A stretch of DNA of 64,000 nt from Lingula anatina (Eukaryota > Animalia > Brachiopoda), in contig CM120645.1 in NCBI GenBank assembly GCA_051362555.1, positions 10,106,001-10,170,000 on the forward strand, in the 5' to 3' direction. Shown one piece after another: positions 27,968-40,199 of this stretch (within the stretch, counting starts at the first letter, position 1; every line of letters starts with the position of its first letter). A program made the position numbers and the translations under genes. The notes under the pieces were generated by a model. That model was given only the letters and a program-made list of their open reading frames with translations, was not told the origin of the DNA and searched no databases.

Positions 27968-28361
27968 TGTCAGAGAATTAAGCTCTCCTGGGTGTGGAGA
28001 TCGGAAATAGAGAGAGGAGAGGAGAGTCGGGCGTTACTGTTTCAGACAGAGTGTGGAAGCGTTTTAAGCGTTGGACGTTGTAGTTATGGGATTTATTGTT
28101 GGAATAGACTGTGTTGATGTTCCGTGGACTGCACTGAATGCTTTGATACCATAAATGCGCCAAGTTACGGCATAAACTAACCAAGATAGAAATCGGCGGC
28201 AAGTACACGTGCACCTCTCTGTTACATTGCATTAGTTACTGTTACGTTATGTACTGTGATAATCTGGAAACTGATCTTTATTCAGTGGAAATCTTAAAAT
28301 TTCGAAAATAATAAAGGAGACATTCAGAACATATGCAAATGCGCTGTTGTTTTTCCTGACA
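27968..28361 (-). mobile_element. Solo LTR
   Basis: TGTCAG...CTGACA termini, 5-bp TSD CATTT (27963-27967 and 28362-28366), AATAAA on the minus strand; absent from the paralogous intron at ~30640-30670. Confidence 0.8.
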
Positions 28362-28624
28362 CATTTCCATAATCCCATCCTACTAACAAGGGGTTTCTCA
28401 CTAATTGCATTAACTTTTAGCGTGCACAAAAGTTAATTACCCCCCCCCCCCAGCAGCTTCATTGGGTGTGCCAGACATTTAAGCTGCTTAAAATGAATGA
28501 ATGCAATTTGGCAAGAATCTCTTCGGATCCTGCTAGTACAATAGGTAAAGGGGAACCAAGTCATTCCTTTTGAGCTCTCAGATATTTCAGTATATCATAA
28601 TTTTATTAAACTGTTTTATTAAAA

Positions 28625-28671
<47 letters not shown>

Positions 28672-28830
28672 AAGATAAAAGAGGCATTTCCTGTCAAATA
28701 TTTTAGCTCAGCAGTACAATCATGAAATAATGTTTTACAATTGATTAACAAAGAGAACACACTGGTCATCATATGAAGCATGAAGTCCTGTATACTTATA
28801 GTCCTAAAAATGACCTATTTTTGCTGTTAC

Positions 28831-28905
28831 CTGACTCCCCAGCATCTGGCTCACTGGACCCTTGAGAAGATACTGCAGACCCAGTCAACACTGATGCCCC
28901 CAGAC
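28831..28905 (-). CDS. Linker exon (75 nt, phase 1-1)
   Basis: ttgccag|GT CTG GGG...TCA G|gtaac encodes LGASVLTGSAVSSQGSSEPDAGES; paralog of 31096-31170. Confidence 0.7.
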
Positions 28906-29102
28906 CTGGCAATATATGAAATAATGCTGAAGTATTCAACATGTACATGCAAGTCATACTACCCAGCTGTCTCTTTATCTTTTCTGAGGCATTTCTCAAA
29001 GTATAACACACACATTCACACACACACAAATAGGTTAAAAGTCATGTGAAAACCTTACAATAAATGACAGCATGCATGTAGGATGATGTATTTTTCTGTT
29101 AC

Positions 29103-29132
29103 CTGATTCCCCAGCATCTGGCTCACTGGACC
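29103..29132 (-). CDS. Possible 30-nt micro-exon (truncated duplicate of the 75-nt exon)
   Basis: taatag|GG TCC AGT GAG CCA GAT GCT GGG GAA TCA G|gtaac preserves the frame, but the acceptor is weak. Confidence 0.35.
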
Positions 29133-29211
29133 CTATTAGTATTCTACATGATAACCATATCATACCAGTCAGCTGTCTCTTAACTTTTCTGAGGCACTTC
29201 TCAAACAAATA

Positions 29212-29450
29212 TTATTACCTCTGTCAAGGAGGTTATGTTTTCACCCTTGTTTGTCTGTCTGTTTGTTTGTCTGTCATAAACATAACTCAAAAAGTTATGG
29301 ACCTATTTTGATGAAATTTTCAGGAACTGTCAGAGGTGGACCATGGAACAGATGACTAGTTTTTGGTGGTGATCTCGATCAATAATCAATAGTAATAAAA
29401 AAAATGCTGCTTTGGCAGAGGTCTGCACTCTCAGAGTGCTTTTCTTGTTA
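29212..29450 (+). mobile_element. Short DINE/Helentron-like non-autonomous element
   Basis: TTATTACCTC...GGAGGTTATGTTTT, (GTYT)n microsatellite and 3' hairpin GCACTCTCAGAGTGC; absent from the paralogous intron at ~31310; a related reverse copy lies at ~47090-47375. Confidence 0.65.
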
Positions 29451-30083
29451 TTATTTTTATTATTTCATTAAGTTTGATCCAGGATATAAGATAAATATTT
29501 TGGGTCCTAGATTTAACATATCCAGAACTTAACCCACAGAAGGGCACTGGAATTTGGGGGAGGGGCTGGCAGTGTTAATGGTATGAACTCTTCTTTTCCA
29601 ATAATTTCTACATTCAATTGCACACATTAAAACCCTAAAGGAGATTTTGTTTTGAACACCAGCTTTTATGCCAATGACTAGATCTTAATTTGCAATTAGA
29701 AAAAATTTTAAGACATAATTTCTTAAATTATAGTAACAATATTCTTATTGAGTGGTGGCACAAAATAGAAAGCAGGCTACCCTACAGTTGTATTCTATAC
29801 TGTCAAAACACCATAAATGCTGTACAGAAATTTAATTGATATGATTCCAAAATCATCTAACTAAAAGACTGATATCTTCATTGAGAAGATAGAGTCAATA
29901 CCATATATACATGTACCTCTAGTTAAATGATGTGACATAAAAATTTCCAAGGCAAATACTCTTACAGTACACAGAAACTGCTTTTAGGTAACTCTAACAC
30001 AATAACCAGGCCATTAAGATGCCAGAGACTCAAACTGTTGCAGTACAGAACACTGTACCAATCATGATGAAAAAGAACCTTAC

Positions 30084-30251
30084 TCCTTGCACCACTGGAA
30101 CTGGAATCTATGGTTACACATGGCGAAGATCCTGGATGGTGATCTTGAGAAGCTGTGCTATCATCTTCAGTTGACTCAGACCTCTGACGGGCATCTGTCT
30201 TACTATCAGCAGTTGAAGACCCTGCTGTCTCTTCGGCACTTACTCTGGCAT
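30084..30251 (-). CDS. Ser/Thr/Asp-rich linker exon (168 nt, phase 1-1)
   Basis: ttccacag|AT GCC AGA...AGG A|gtaagg encodes DARVSAEETAGSSTADSK...SSSSGAR. Confidence 0.7.
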
Positions 30252-30479
30252 CTGTGGAATTTAAAAATATCCACACTTTACACTGCATACATGTACTTAA
30301 AATGGTTACTTTCAGCATATTAAGGGACACACGTGTAACAGATTTTGAGAGAAGTATCCCTTTCCAGACTATATGTTACAGCTAATAATAATAATCATTA
30401 TTATTATTATTATTATAACATGACAAAATGTATTCTCTAATCATTCATTACAACACACAATACATATTGTTATACAAAC

Positions 30480-30605
30480 CTGATGTCAGCGATTCAAACT
30501 GCATTGACTCCTGGGGATTTTCAGCAGTTTCAGTGGCAGTCTCATTTAAAGCAGCTGCAGCAGCAGGTTCTTGGCTTCTCACTCCCTGGTTGGAATCATT
30601 TTGAG
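30480..30605 (-). CDS. Linker exon (126 nt, phase 1-1)
   Basis: ttttctag|CT CAA AAT...TCA G|gtttgt is open in frame. Confidence 0.7.
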
Positions 30606-31095
30606 CTAGAAAATATATTTGCCATCAGATGAAGCTCTGTCTATGGGATCATTTCCATGACCCTATCCTACAAGCAGGGGTTTCTCGCTAAATTGCATTC
30701 AGTTTTAGCATGCACCCCTCTATCAGCTTCCTTGGGTGTGCCAGACATTTAAGCTGCTTAAAATGAATGCAATTTGGCAAGAATCTCTACAGATCCTGGT
30801 AGTACAATTATCAATAGGTTAATGGGAACCCAGTCATTCCTTTTGAGCCCTTAGATATTGCAGTAAATCATAATTTTATTAGACAGCTTTATTAAAAATT
30901 TATATATATGAGGATTGTATTTGCATATATACAAGTAGATAAAGACAGCATTTGTTGTGAAATATTCCATCTCTGCGGTACAATTTTGAATGTTTCACAA
31001 TTGATTAAAAAGAGAGCAGATTGGACATCATTTGTATCTTGAAGTCCTGTATACATGTACTTATAGTCCTAAAAATGACCTACTTTTTCTGTTAC

Positions 31096-31170
31096 CTGAT
31101 TTCCCAGCATCTGGCACACTGGACCCTGGAGAAGATACTGCAGACCCAGTCAACACTGATGGCTGTAGAT
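31096..31170 (-). CDS. Linker exon (75 nt, phase 1-1)
   Basis: ttatcag|AT CTA CAG...TCA G|gtaac encodes DLQPSVLTGSAVSSPGSSVPDAGKS. Confidence 0.7.
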
Positions 31171-31843
31171 CTGATAATAAAATAATTCATCAAACTGAAT
31201 ATTTTGTTTTTCATCCATTTAAAATTTAAAACTAATGCAGTATTCTACACGATAAGCATATCATTCTAGTCAGCTGTCTCTTAATTTATCTGAGACACTT
31301 CTCAAACAAATATAATTATTATAATTACAGTAAGTCTAATTTAGGATAGAAGAAGAATATTTTAGGTCCTAGGTTTAACATATCCAGGATTTTACCCACA
31401 GAAGGGCACCGAAATTTGGGGGAGGGGGTGGCAGCTAGTGTTAATGGTATGAACTCTTCTTTTCCAATAATTTCTACATTCATTTGCACACATTAAAAAC
31501 TTAAATGAGATTTTGTTTTGAACTCCAGCTTTTATGGCAATTACTAAATTCTTATAATTGGAAATATTCTTAAGTCATAATTTCTCATATAGGAATATTC
31601 TTATTCAGTGGTGGCACAAAATTGAAATTTGTATTACGACCGTATATTCAGTTGTATTCTATACAGTCAAAACACCATAAATGCTGTTCAGAAATTTAAC
31701 TGACATAAATTACTCCAAAATCATGTAACTGGAAGAATGATATCAACACTGAAAAGATTGAGTCAATACCATACTAGTATATAACTCTAGTTAAATGATG
31801 TGAAATAAATTTCCATGGCAAATACTCTTACAGTATGCTGTAC

Positions 31844-32363
31844 CTTTTGGAATGAGTTTCCAGATTTTCTCCCAATTTTCTTCGTCTTCCCAATCTTCTT
31901 TTTTTCTGAACTGTATGGATCTGTAGGCACCAAGGGCAATTTCCTTCTTACGTGTTTGCAGGTAAATAGGCACTAAGATAACCCCATCAGCGTTATCAGA
32001 AATTTTGTAGTCTATTATGGTATAATGGATTTGCTGCAACATCCAATCTGGATCATTCTGGCTATCTCGTTGTTTTTTACTGCTCATTTTTCGTAAATAA
32101 CCTTCAGTCATAACAAGTATGACATGATCAGAATTTTGCACAGCAGAATAAAGTTCTCTCAATTCCACTTGCCCCTCCTTTATCATCAGGTGTGGAAGAA
32201 AGCAATGAATGCCTTGTTTTCTAGCTTTTTCTTGAAGTAATTCCACAAACTCAAAGGATAATTTGATGGAGTCAGTCTGGGCATTCCCAGATAAACATCC
32301 ATCATATACCACTGTAAAGTACCGATAGCTGTCTGGTACAGATCTAGACCTGCTGGTAGCCAT
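31844..32363 (-). CDS. First coding exon: atypical TIR/SEFIR-like domain
   Basis: Acceptor tcttcag| at 32371, ATG at 32363; YFTVVYD...GIHCFLPHLMIKEG...AVQNSDHVILVMTEGYL...ILVPIYL follows the TIR beta/alpha pattern but lacks WCxxE; donor G|gtacag at 31843. Confidence 0.75.
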
Positions 32364-32469
32364 AATTTACCTGAAGAGGAAAAGTTTGAAAAATAAATGT
32401 AAAGAATAATAAAGAAATAGACATTCATTCCAACTGATCAAATGAAATATGTTTTTAGCACATTCCATT

Positions 32470-32601
32470 CCATTCCCCCACTTTTATCATCAGGTGCAGA
32501 AGAATTCTACAAGACAGTTAAATCTTCTCCTGAAAATTAACCATCATACACTGCAGTAAAATGTCTCTTACAGGTCAACTGTGGGCCACCTGGCTCAATA
32601 C
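32470..32601 (-). pseudogene. Small decayed fragment of another TIR/SEFIR-like exon copy
   Basis: RHFTAVYDG*FSG and LHLMIKVG resemble RYFTVVYDGCLSG and PHLMIKEG of the intact exon. Confidence 0.55.
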
Positions 32602-32858
32602 CTGCAGGTGAAAAAAAAATAAAGAAATTCTAAAATTAAGTATGATTATAAAAACAGTTAGGAGCTCAATGATTTGATTAATGCTAGTTACACAACCTGT
32701 CTTGTCTTGTCTGTCTGCTGAAACAAGTCTCGTGGTTTGAAGGAATACCCTGAAGTAACTGTTCACAATGGGCTGCTTTTATTGTCACAGATAAACAATT
32801 ACCTGTTTTGATTTCTGTCAAGGGGACTTGGTACATAGGGACTTGCTACTGTACATGC

Positions 32859-33031
32859 GGGGGCGTCTCGATAGTCCGAAGGTTCACTGGTCCGAAGGTT
32901 CATTGGTCCGAAAAGTGGTAACATTTTCATCAGTTTTTAATCAAGGGTTCATTGGTCCAAAGGTTCTATAGTGAACATTCGGACCAATGAACCTTCAGAC
33001 TATTGAACCTGCGGACTATCGCTACAGCCCC
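32859..33031. mobile_element. MITE with 8-bp TSD
   Basis: GGGG...CGATAGTCCGAAGGTTC / GAACCTGCGGACTATCG...CCCC; GTACATGC duplicated at 32851-32858 and 33032-33039; a related copy lies at ~47387-47551. Confidence 0.75.
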
Positions 33032-33238
33032 GTACATGCATGTACGGTACCAGTTAGCACGAAAATGCATGCGTTAGCACTCCTACTGACGATTCTGATA
33101 TGTGCTATCTGTGTTAGCACAAATTTTTGTGCTAGGTACCGGTGTGGCATGTAGGCCTACCACTTGGAACATGAACCATCCGTTCTGCCCATGCGCTCCA
33201 AGGGCAGGGAAATCTGAGAGACCTCCGGCGTGAACATA

Positions 33239-34140
33239 CCCAAACCAAATATAGAGGTGCATTTCACATGTTATAGTGTCAAAAAAAAATAATTTTGAAT
33301 GTATTTAAAGTTGTATTCAATTTTTTAAAACATATATGTGTACAGAACAAAAATCTAACCCCAACCCCTCCATGCAGAGCAATGCTGGTAGTCAGCAGCA
33401 ATTTTCCCTACTGTAGAACTGTATTGTAGAACTCTAAGAGAGCATTCACATAGAGAAGAGCCGAGGACTAGCCAGGCTGAGACCTAAATATGGCGGACCT
33501 ACATGAAAGGTAGACCGCATAATCCTTTAAGGGGCTTTGCGTCATGGCTAACACTAGGTAACGTAGAAAATTGTTACAATGTTTCAATTTGTTTAAGTAC
33601 TTGGTGTGCATAGAAAACAATGTTTTCTTTTGCTGACTGAAAAATAAATTGTGATTCCATGATAGTTTGACATTTCTTACATAATATTTAGAGCACAAGG
33701 GAAAAATAATTTATTTTATGCTTATTTTACTGTCGGTAGGGTGCATTTTCCCCGTTTTTTCAAATTCAGTAACAAGCAAACTAAAGTAGCTCAAAGACAA
33801 TTAATTGCTCTATACAGAAAAGTATTATTATTTTTTACAATGTTATACTTGTTGGAGATAAATCAAAGAACAAAATCCAGTAATGATTGAATTTTTGAAG
33901 TGAGTAAAACTTTTCGTAGTTGAACGTTTTGCATTTGTGACAGGAAAGTATGTTCCTTTTTGGGGAAAGAAGTTGAATTACAATTATTTTTTATTAATCA
34001 TGGTTCCAGGGGAGTGAAACTTTGATATAAACTTTTTCACGTGGGACCCTAAAATAATCAGACATAGTTTGCAATCTATGCACTAAATATTTTGAAGAGC
34101 ATGCCTGTAACATCAATTGCACCTCTATATTGGGTTTGGG
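33239..34140. mobile_element. Non-autonomous TIR element, superfamily unclear
   Basis: TIR CCCAAACC(A/C)AATATAGAGGTGCA at both ends; no clean TSD. Confidence 0.65.
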
Positions 34141-34202
34141 TGGTACAGTCCGTCTCTATCGAGTCATCAATACATTCTTAGCCTTCAATAAACATGCACT
34201 GT

Positions 34203-36640
34203 TGATAAGATAAGATAAGAGTTTATTCAGCCATTAATATATAAATATAAAATTCATATAAAACGGAAATTGGACTGCTATTCGGGTTACAAATTATAAA
34301 TAAATAAATTATAAATTTCCATTTTTGTTGTTAAAATAAGACACAGCAGATGGGTAAAAACTCTTTAAAAACCTTTTAGATCCCTTAAAAGTTAAAAGCC
34401 TGCAGTTGCTCGGTAAAAATTTAAAAAGCCCATGTGCGGGGTGGGTATAGTCAGACATGATTTTCTCTGTTTTTGTTACTGATCTATTAGTATAGATGGC
34501 ACCTAGAGAGGGGAGTTCCAGACCGATGATTTTGCCGCACGTTGATGTGACCATATCTAGACGCTTGCGTTCTTCTACAGTGGCCCGCCCATACCATACT
34601 ATGATTGCAAATGTTAATATACTTTCTATAACGCATTTGTAAAAGTTTGCTAAAATCATTTCATTTGAAGTAAAATCCTTCAACTTTCTTAAAAAATATA
34701 CCCTTTGCCTCGCTTTTTTTAACTGTTTGTCTATGTGGTCCTTCCATGTAAGTGAGCTATTGAATTCTACCCCCAGCAGTCTAAAATTGGCTACTTGCTT
34801 TACTGCAGTGCCACTGATATGAATGGGTTCTTTCACATTTCTATTCTTTCTGAAGTCAACAATCATTTCCTTAGTCTTCTCTACATTCAGTAACAAATCG
34901 TTGTCTTTACACCATTGTACAACTGAGTTGACATCGTTTCTATACCAGGTCTCATCATTATCACTTATTAAGCCAATTAAAGTGGTGTCGTCTGCAAACT
35001 TCACGATGCAATTACTCTCATGAGATGAAACACAATCATACGTGAACAAGCTGTACAGACATGGTGACAGAACACAACCCTGAGGCGCACCTGTATTTAA
35101 AACCACAATATCAGAAGTACTTGTACCCACTTTCACAGCTTGTCTCCTGTCTAATAAAAAATCTAAAACCCAACTGCATAAAAATGAAGGAAATTTCAGT
35201 TCGTTTAAAAGCTTAGCATAAAGTTTTTGTGGAATAATGGTATTAAAAGCCGAGCTGTAGTCTATAAATAAGATCCTTGCGTATGTGTTTTTCTTATCTG
35301 CGTGTTCTAAAATGTTGTGTATGCACATACTAAGAGCGTCATCTACGCTTCTATTGCGTCTATATGCAAACTGAAAGGGATCAAGTGTCTCTGGTACAAT
35401 GGTTTTAATATACGACAGAACAAGTTTCTCTAGAATTTTCATTGGGACTGGGGTCAACGCAACCGGACGGAGATCGTTTAGGCAAGAAACTGTTTTGGAC
35501 TTCGGCACAGGAATGATAGTAGCTGTCTTCCATGCCCGCGGAACTCGTTGGGAAAGCAGCGATAGATTGTAAATATCCGTGAATACATGTGCCAGTTGTG
35601 GTGCACATGTCTTTAGAAGCCTTGGCGAAATACCATCTGGTCCAGATGACTTGTGTGCGTCGAGGCCCATAAAATGACACTGAACCTGCCATTTCTGAAC
35701 AGAAAGGGGCGGTGGGTCATGTGGATGTGCATTTAGTGGAGCCGATCTTAAGTCCGAGTTGTTGGCAATGTCAAACCTAGCGTAAAATTCATTCAGCTTG
35801 TCGGGAAGTGCTGTGTCGTCGTCACTCAGTACGTGTTTTGGACCTTTGTATTTAGTGAGTGATGACATGTTTGACCATAGCTGTCTTACGTTATTGGTCT
35901 CAAACTTTTCTTCGAATTTCTTTTTAAAGTCTCTCTTGGCGTTCTTGATGGCCCATCGCAGGGTTGCTTTTAACTTCCGATAGTTTTCGGGGTGTTGTTC
36001 TTTGTTACGGTAGGCTACATCTTTTTCCTTAATGAGCTTGCGGATCTTGTTGTTGCACCAGAGCTTGTTGTTAGTAAACTGCTTCACTTGCTTTCTCGGG
36101 ACACACATTTCCTCACAGAATTGGATGTAACCAGTAACGGCATCGGTGTAGTTGTTAACGTCCTCAGTATCTCTGAATACCTCCCACTCGGTGGCCTCGA
36201 GGCAATCATGGAGGGTATCTATGGCTGCTTGGTTGAAAACTTTTACTGTTTTTATGGTGGGCTTGTTTTCCTTGAATTGTTGCTTGTATGTTGGAATTAG
36301 CAAGATTATGCAGTGGTCGGAGTTTCCTAAAGAGGATCGTTTGACTGGTTGGTACGCCCCTTTAATAGGACAATAGCAGTGGTCCAAAATGTTATTGCCC
36401 CTTGTCGGAAAATTGATGACCTGGCGATAATTAGGTAGTGTCGTTTTCAAGTTGGCTTTGTTGAAATCACCAAGGACAATAGATAATGAATCAGGTTCCG
36501 AATTTTCATGGGATGTGACGACTGATGTGAGGTTTTGTATTGCTATTTTTGTATCAGCCCGGGGGTGGATGTAGACGGCTGTAATTATGACACTAGTGAA
36601 TTCACGTGGTAGATAGAATGGCCTGCACTTTAGTGTTATT
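34203..36640 (-). mobile_element. 5'-truncated Rex1/Babar-type LINE
   Basis: Starts inside the APE domain; 3' end is AATAAA followed by a (TCTTA)n tail at ~34203-34222. Confidence 0.88.
34309..36640 (-). CDS. LINE ORF2: partial apurinic endonuclease + reverse transcriptase, uninterrupted
   Basis: KCRPFYLPREF, LGDFN, SDH, FIDYSSAFNTI, GAPQGCVLSP and KFADDTT motifs are characteristic of Rex/Babar ORF2. Confidence 0.9.
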
Positions 36641-37051
36641 ATGAGAACATACTGCAATTTTTTCAAACATAATCTTTAGTGTTCATATCTTATAGATGTT
36701 CACCTCTACTGCGATTTCCCTCAGGTGGCCATATCAACACACTAGCCTAGTAAAATCAATACAAAAATAGTAGGCCAACAGCCGAAAAACGACGGCCCGT
36801 AGTTATGCAAACAACTCAGTAGTTATGCAAACAATTACCAGCCATGTAATTATTCTTGATATTTCAGCACAGGGTCGCAGTAGATTGATTAAACATCGAT
36901 TTATCCAGAGACATATTTCTGCTAATAACTAGTGAAAAATCAATCTGTGGTCCTCGCAGGTAATGGGTGAAGCTACAGTGTACAGTTGTACATATACGTA
37001 TTGATCAGCGTACATCAAAAACCGTCGGTAGGAACTCGCTAACAGAATTCG

Positions 37052-38325
37052 TGTTAAAGTCATAATAACTCTTCGTTTTGGCCAAAAATACGATTTTCCT
37101 GGAAAAAACGGCAATTTTCCCGTACTTACCAATGGTCAAAGACCCCATTCCTGCATTCAAAGTTAATCCAGGGTTTTTTTCCTAAACGTACGGTTTTTTG
37201 TTAAAATCTCTTAAGAGATTTTAAAGCAATAATAACTCTTACTTTGAGATTCAAAATTCCGCATGAAATACATTGTAAACAACGCATGGAAATATATTCC
37301 ATTGTATTTTACCACTAAAACGGCCGTTATTGTAGTATAACTAAAATCTGTGCTTGTCAATAGGGCTTTTGATGCTTTTCTTCCCGGACATCAAGGCATT
37401 CGTTGCTAATGACGTAATGGTGTCACGCGGATTCTCGCGTTCATTCGAGACCAAAATACCATATGGCGCCAAACGCATTAATGCAGACGCAGACGTAAGT
37501 TGCGAGTTTTTGTACAGTGCGTCGGATAACGAAAAGCCCAGAATGGCACACATTGTGGATATTTATGTATTTTTAACAAAAAGACGAATATATCTCATGA
37601 ATCGTTTATAGTGTTGTTGTTGTCTGCTTTTCCCGCGGTTTTAAGTAGGTCAACAGTGACTATGCGATGTCAGAGAGAGCTCCGTCAGTTAAAATCTCTT
37701 AAGAGATTTTAACAAAAATCCGTACGTTTAGGAAAAAAACCCTGGATTAACTTTGAATGCAGGAATGGGGTCGCTGACCATTGGTGAGTACGGGAAAATT
37801 GCCGTTTACTCCAGGAAAATCCAATTTTTGGCCAAAATGAAGAGTTATTATGACTTTAACTGACGGAGCCCTCTCGTATCGAGCGATAGTTTCTGGTGAC
37901 CTACTTAAAACCGCGGGAAAAGCAGACAACAACAACACTATATAACAATATTATAAGATTCATAAGATATATTCGTCTTTTTGCTCAAAATGCATTTATA
38001 TCTACAATGTGTGCAATTCTGGGCTTTTCGTTATCCGACGCACTGTACAAAAACTCGCAACTTACGTCTGAGGGTTTCCCGCCATGTTAGTTTGGTCTCG
38101 AATGAACGCGAGAATCTGCGTGACACCTAAACGTCATTGGCAACGGATGCACTTGTCAATCGCGAAGAAAGGCATCGAAAGCCCAAGTGACAAGCACAGA
38201 TTTTAGTTTTACTACAATAACAGTCGTTTTAGTGGGAAAATGCAATAGAACATATTTCCAGGCGTTGTTTACAATGTATTTCTTGCGGAATTTTGAATCT
38301 CAAAGGAAGAGTTATTATTGCTTTA
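37052..38325. mobile_element. Interleaved inverted repeats derived from TTAA-targeting (Kolobok-like) non-autonomous elements
   Basis: A (37052-37224) is inverted at 37689-37860 and B (37221-~37655) is inverted at ~37895-38325; ends read TTAA-AG(T/C)(C/A)ATAATAACTCTT. Confidence 0.65.
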
Positions 38326-38508
38326 GGGTTGAATCTGCCACTCTGTTAAAAGAAAGGGGTCCTTCATTAAAACTGTCCAATTTTAATTGTTATATCCAGA
38401 GTAAATCAGCACACTTTGTGCATGTGCGACAAAAAAAAAAGGAATAAAAGAATTAGTCCTCAAAGTGAAAGTAGATTAATTAACGCCAGCAATCACTACA
38501 CACTTTAC

Positions 38509-38950
38509 CTTCTGAATTACTTGAAGTCCCCCAAAGTTCACCACTAATCTCTGTTAACGATCGTAACATGAAAATGAAATATTCCCTCAGCAAGGAGCCC
38601 CCAAGTACAGTGTTGGGGATCAGCTATACTAATGCAGCATATTCCAGAATTCTCCTCAGTCAACAGCCCCCCTACAGAGCACACGAACAAAAAAAAAAAA
38701 AAAAAAAAAAACGTGCCTCGATATGAGAACAATATAGGCCATAATTTCTGAATGCCTGAGAGATGTTGTTCACCTCCCACATCACCCGGATAGAAGGTGA
38801 ATTCAGAACTAATATAACTGAGTAATTTGCCACCGGAATGTGCTGAGTTCCTTCCACGAAAGCTGCGCAAGAAAACGGTGTTCAGTTTCAAACAATCGCA
38901 CTAAGTAATGCAAGGATACAACGCGTAGGGTAAAACATGGCGGTGCTTAG
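38509..38950 (-). promoter_or_regulatory. Candidate promoter / non-coding first exon of the TIR-linker-TIR gene
   Basis: Non-repetitive island with a YY1-like AAACATGGCGG motif (~38933-38943) and a strong minus-strand donor AAG|gtaaag at ~38508. Inference only. Confidence 0.25.
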
Positions 38951-40199
38951 GACGCATTGTCCAATCATGGGATGGATTTACCTTTACATACAAGGTACAA
39001 TCAATGACAGAACATTTTACCATGACAAAGCACAAACAAGTAAAAAAATATGTATTTTAGGTGGACGAGTGGATAAACGCTTACGGTCGATAATAAAATC
39101 GATGGCTGCTGCACAGGGACATATGTCACATTCAGGCCATGTGTTACATACCAGTAGGCCTATTGCATCTCAGGCTACAGTTTATGTAAAATAAAACACC
39201 AGTTTCAAGTACCTTTCTTAACATAGACACCTCCGCAAGTACTTCTGAGACTTGTCATATATTCCTTGAAATTTGGGCATTAGCTTGAAGATTATGAAAT
39301 TTCTACCACTTGATCCATGCTTAGGAAATGCACATTTTTCATTCAACCTACACGCACGCACATCCTGTCTCTTTTCCTTCTGTGATCTATTTTTCTTGCT
39401 TTGGAAGTTAATGCCTCGTTTTTTCCTTTTTATGGAAGCGTATAAGTGCCACAACACACAACAAAATCGCTCAACACACAACACAATTTCAACACGACAC
39501 ATTTAACTTCTCGACACAACACCAAAGAAAATCGCAACACAACACATTAACTTCTCGACACAACGGAAATAGATGGCGCTTTCGGCGCGGACGTTTTGGA
39601 AAAGCCGCGAAAACCCACATAACGATTCTGTGATTGTTTCCTTATTTTCTCAAGGCATTTATAATAATGTGTCACTTTTGGGTCCAGGAAAAGCGCACTT
39701 TTGAAAACATTGTATTACAGAGAAGTTTTAATATCAGATAATCTGTTGTGAATGTTGCATATTCTATGCTGTGTGTGTGTGTGTGTGTGTGTATTGAGGG
39801 GGGGGGGGGGGGTATTGATGTTGAGAGTATTGAAGCCGTGGGATATATCATTATTTGTTCCTGTGCTCACATAAATTGAAATTCTAATATTGTAAATGCA
39901 ACATAAACATTTGATAATCAATGCAATGTATCTTATCTAAATAAATTAGTACAGTAAATGCATTTTAACACTTGCAATTTTGCTCCTTATGCTTGTAAGC
40001 ATGTAATCTCAAGGGGTGTTCTAAATAATTAATTTTTAATAATAGCATAAAAACATTAAAGCATTAAATACTGTTTAAAATAACATGTTGTCTACCTGGC
40101 TGTTACAATATTGGAATTTCAATTCATGTGAGCACAGGAACAAGTTTTGTTTTATTCAGTTTAATTTGGAAGTGTCAAATAGGGTATGCAGTGTTAAAT

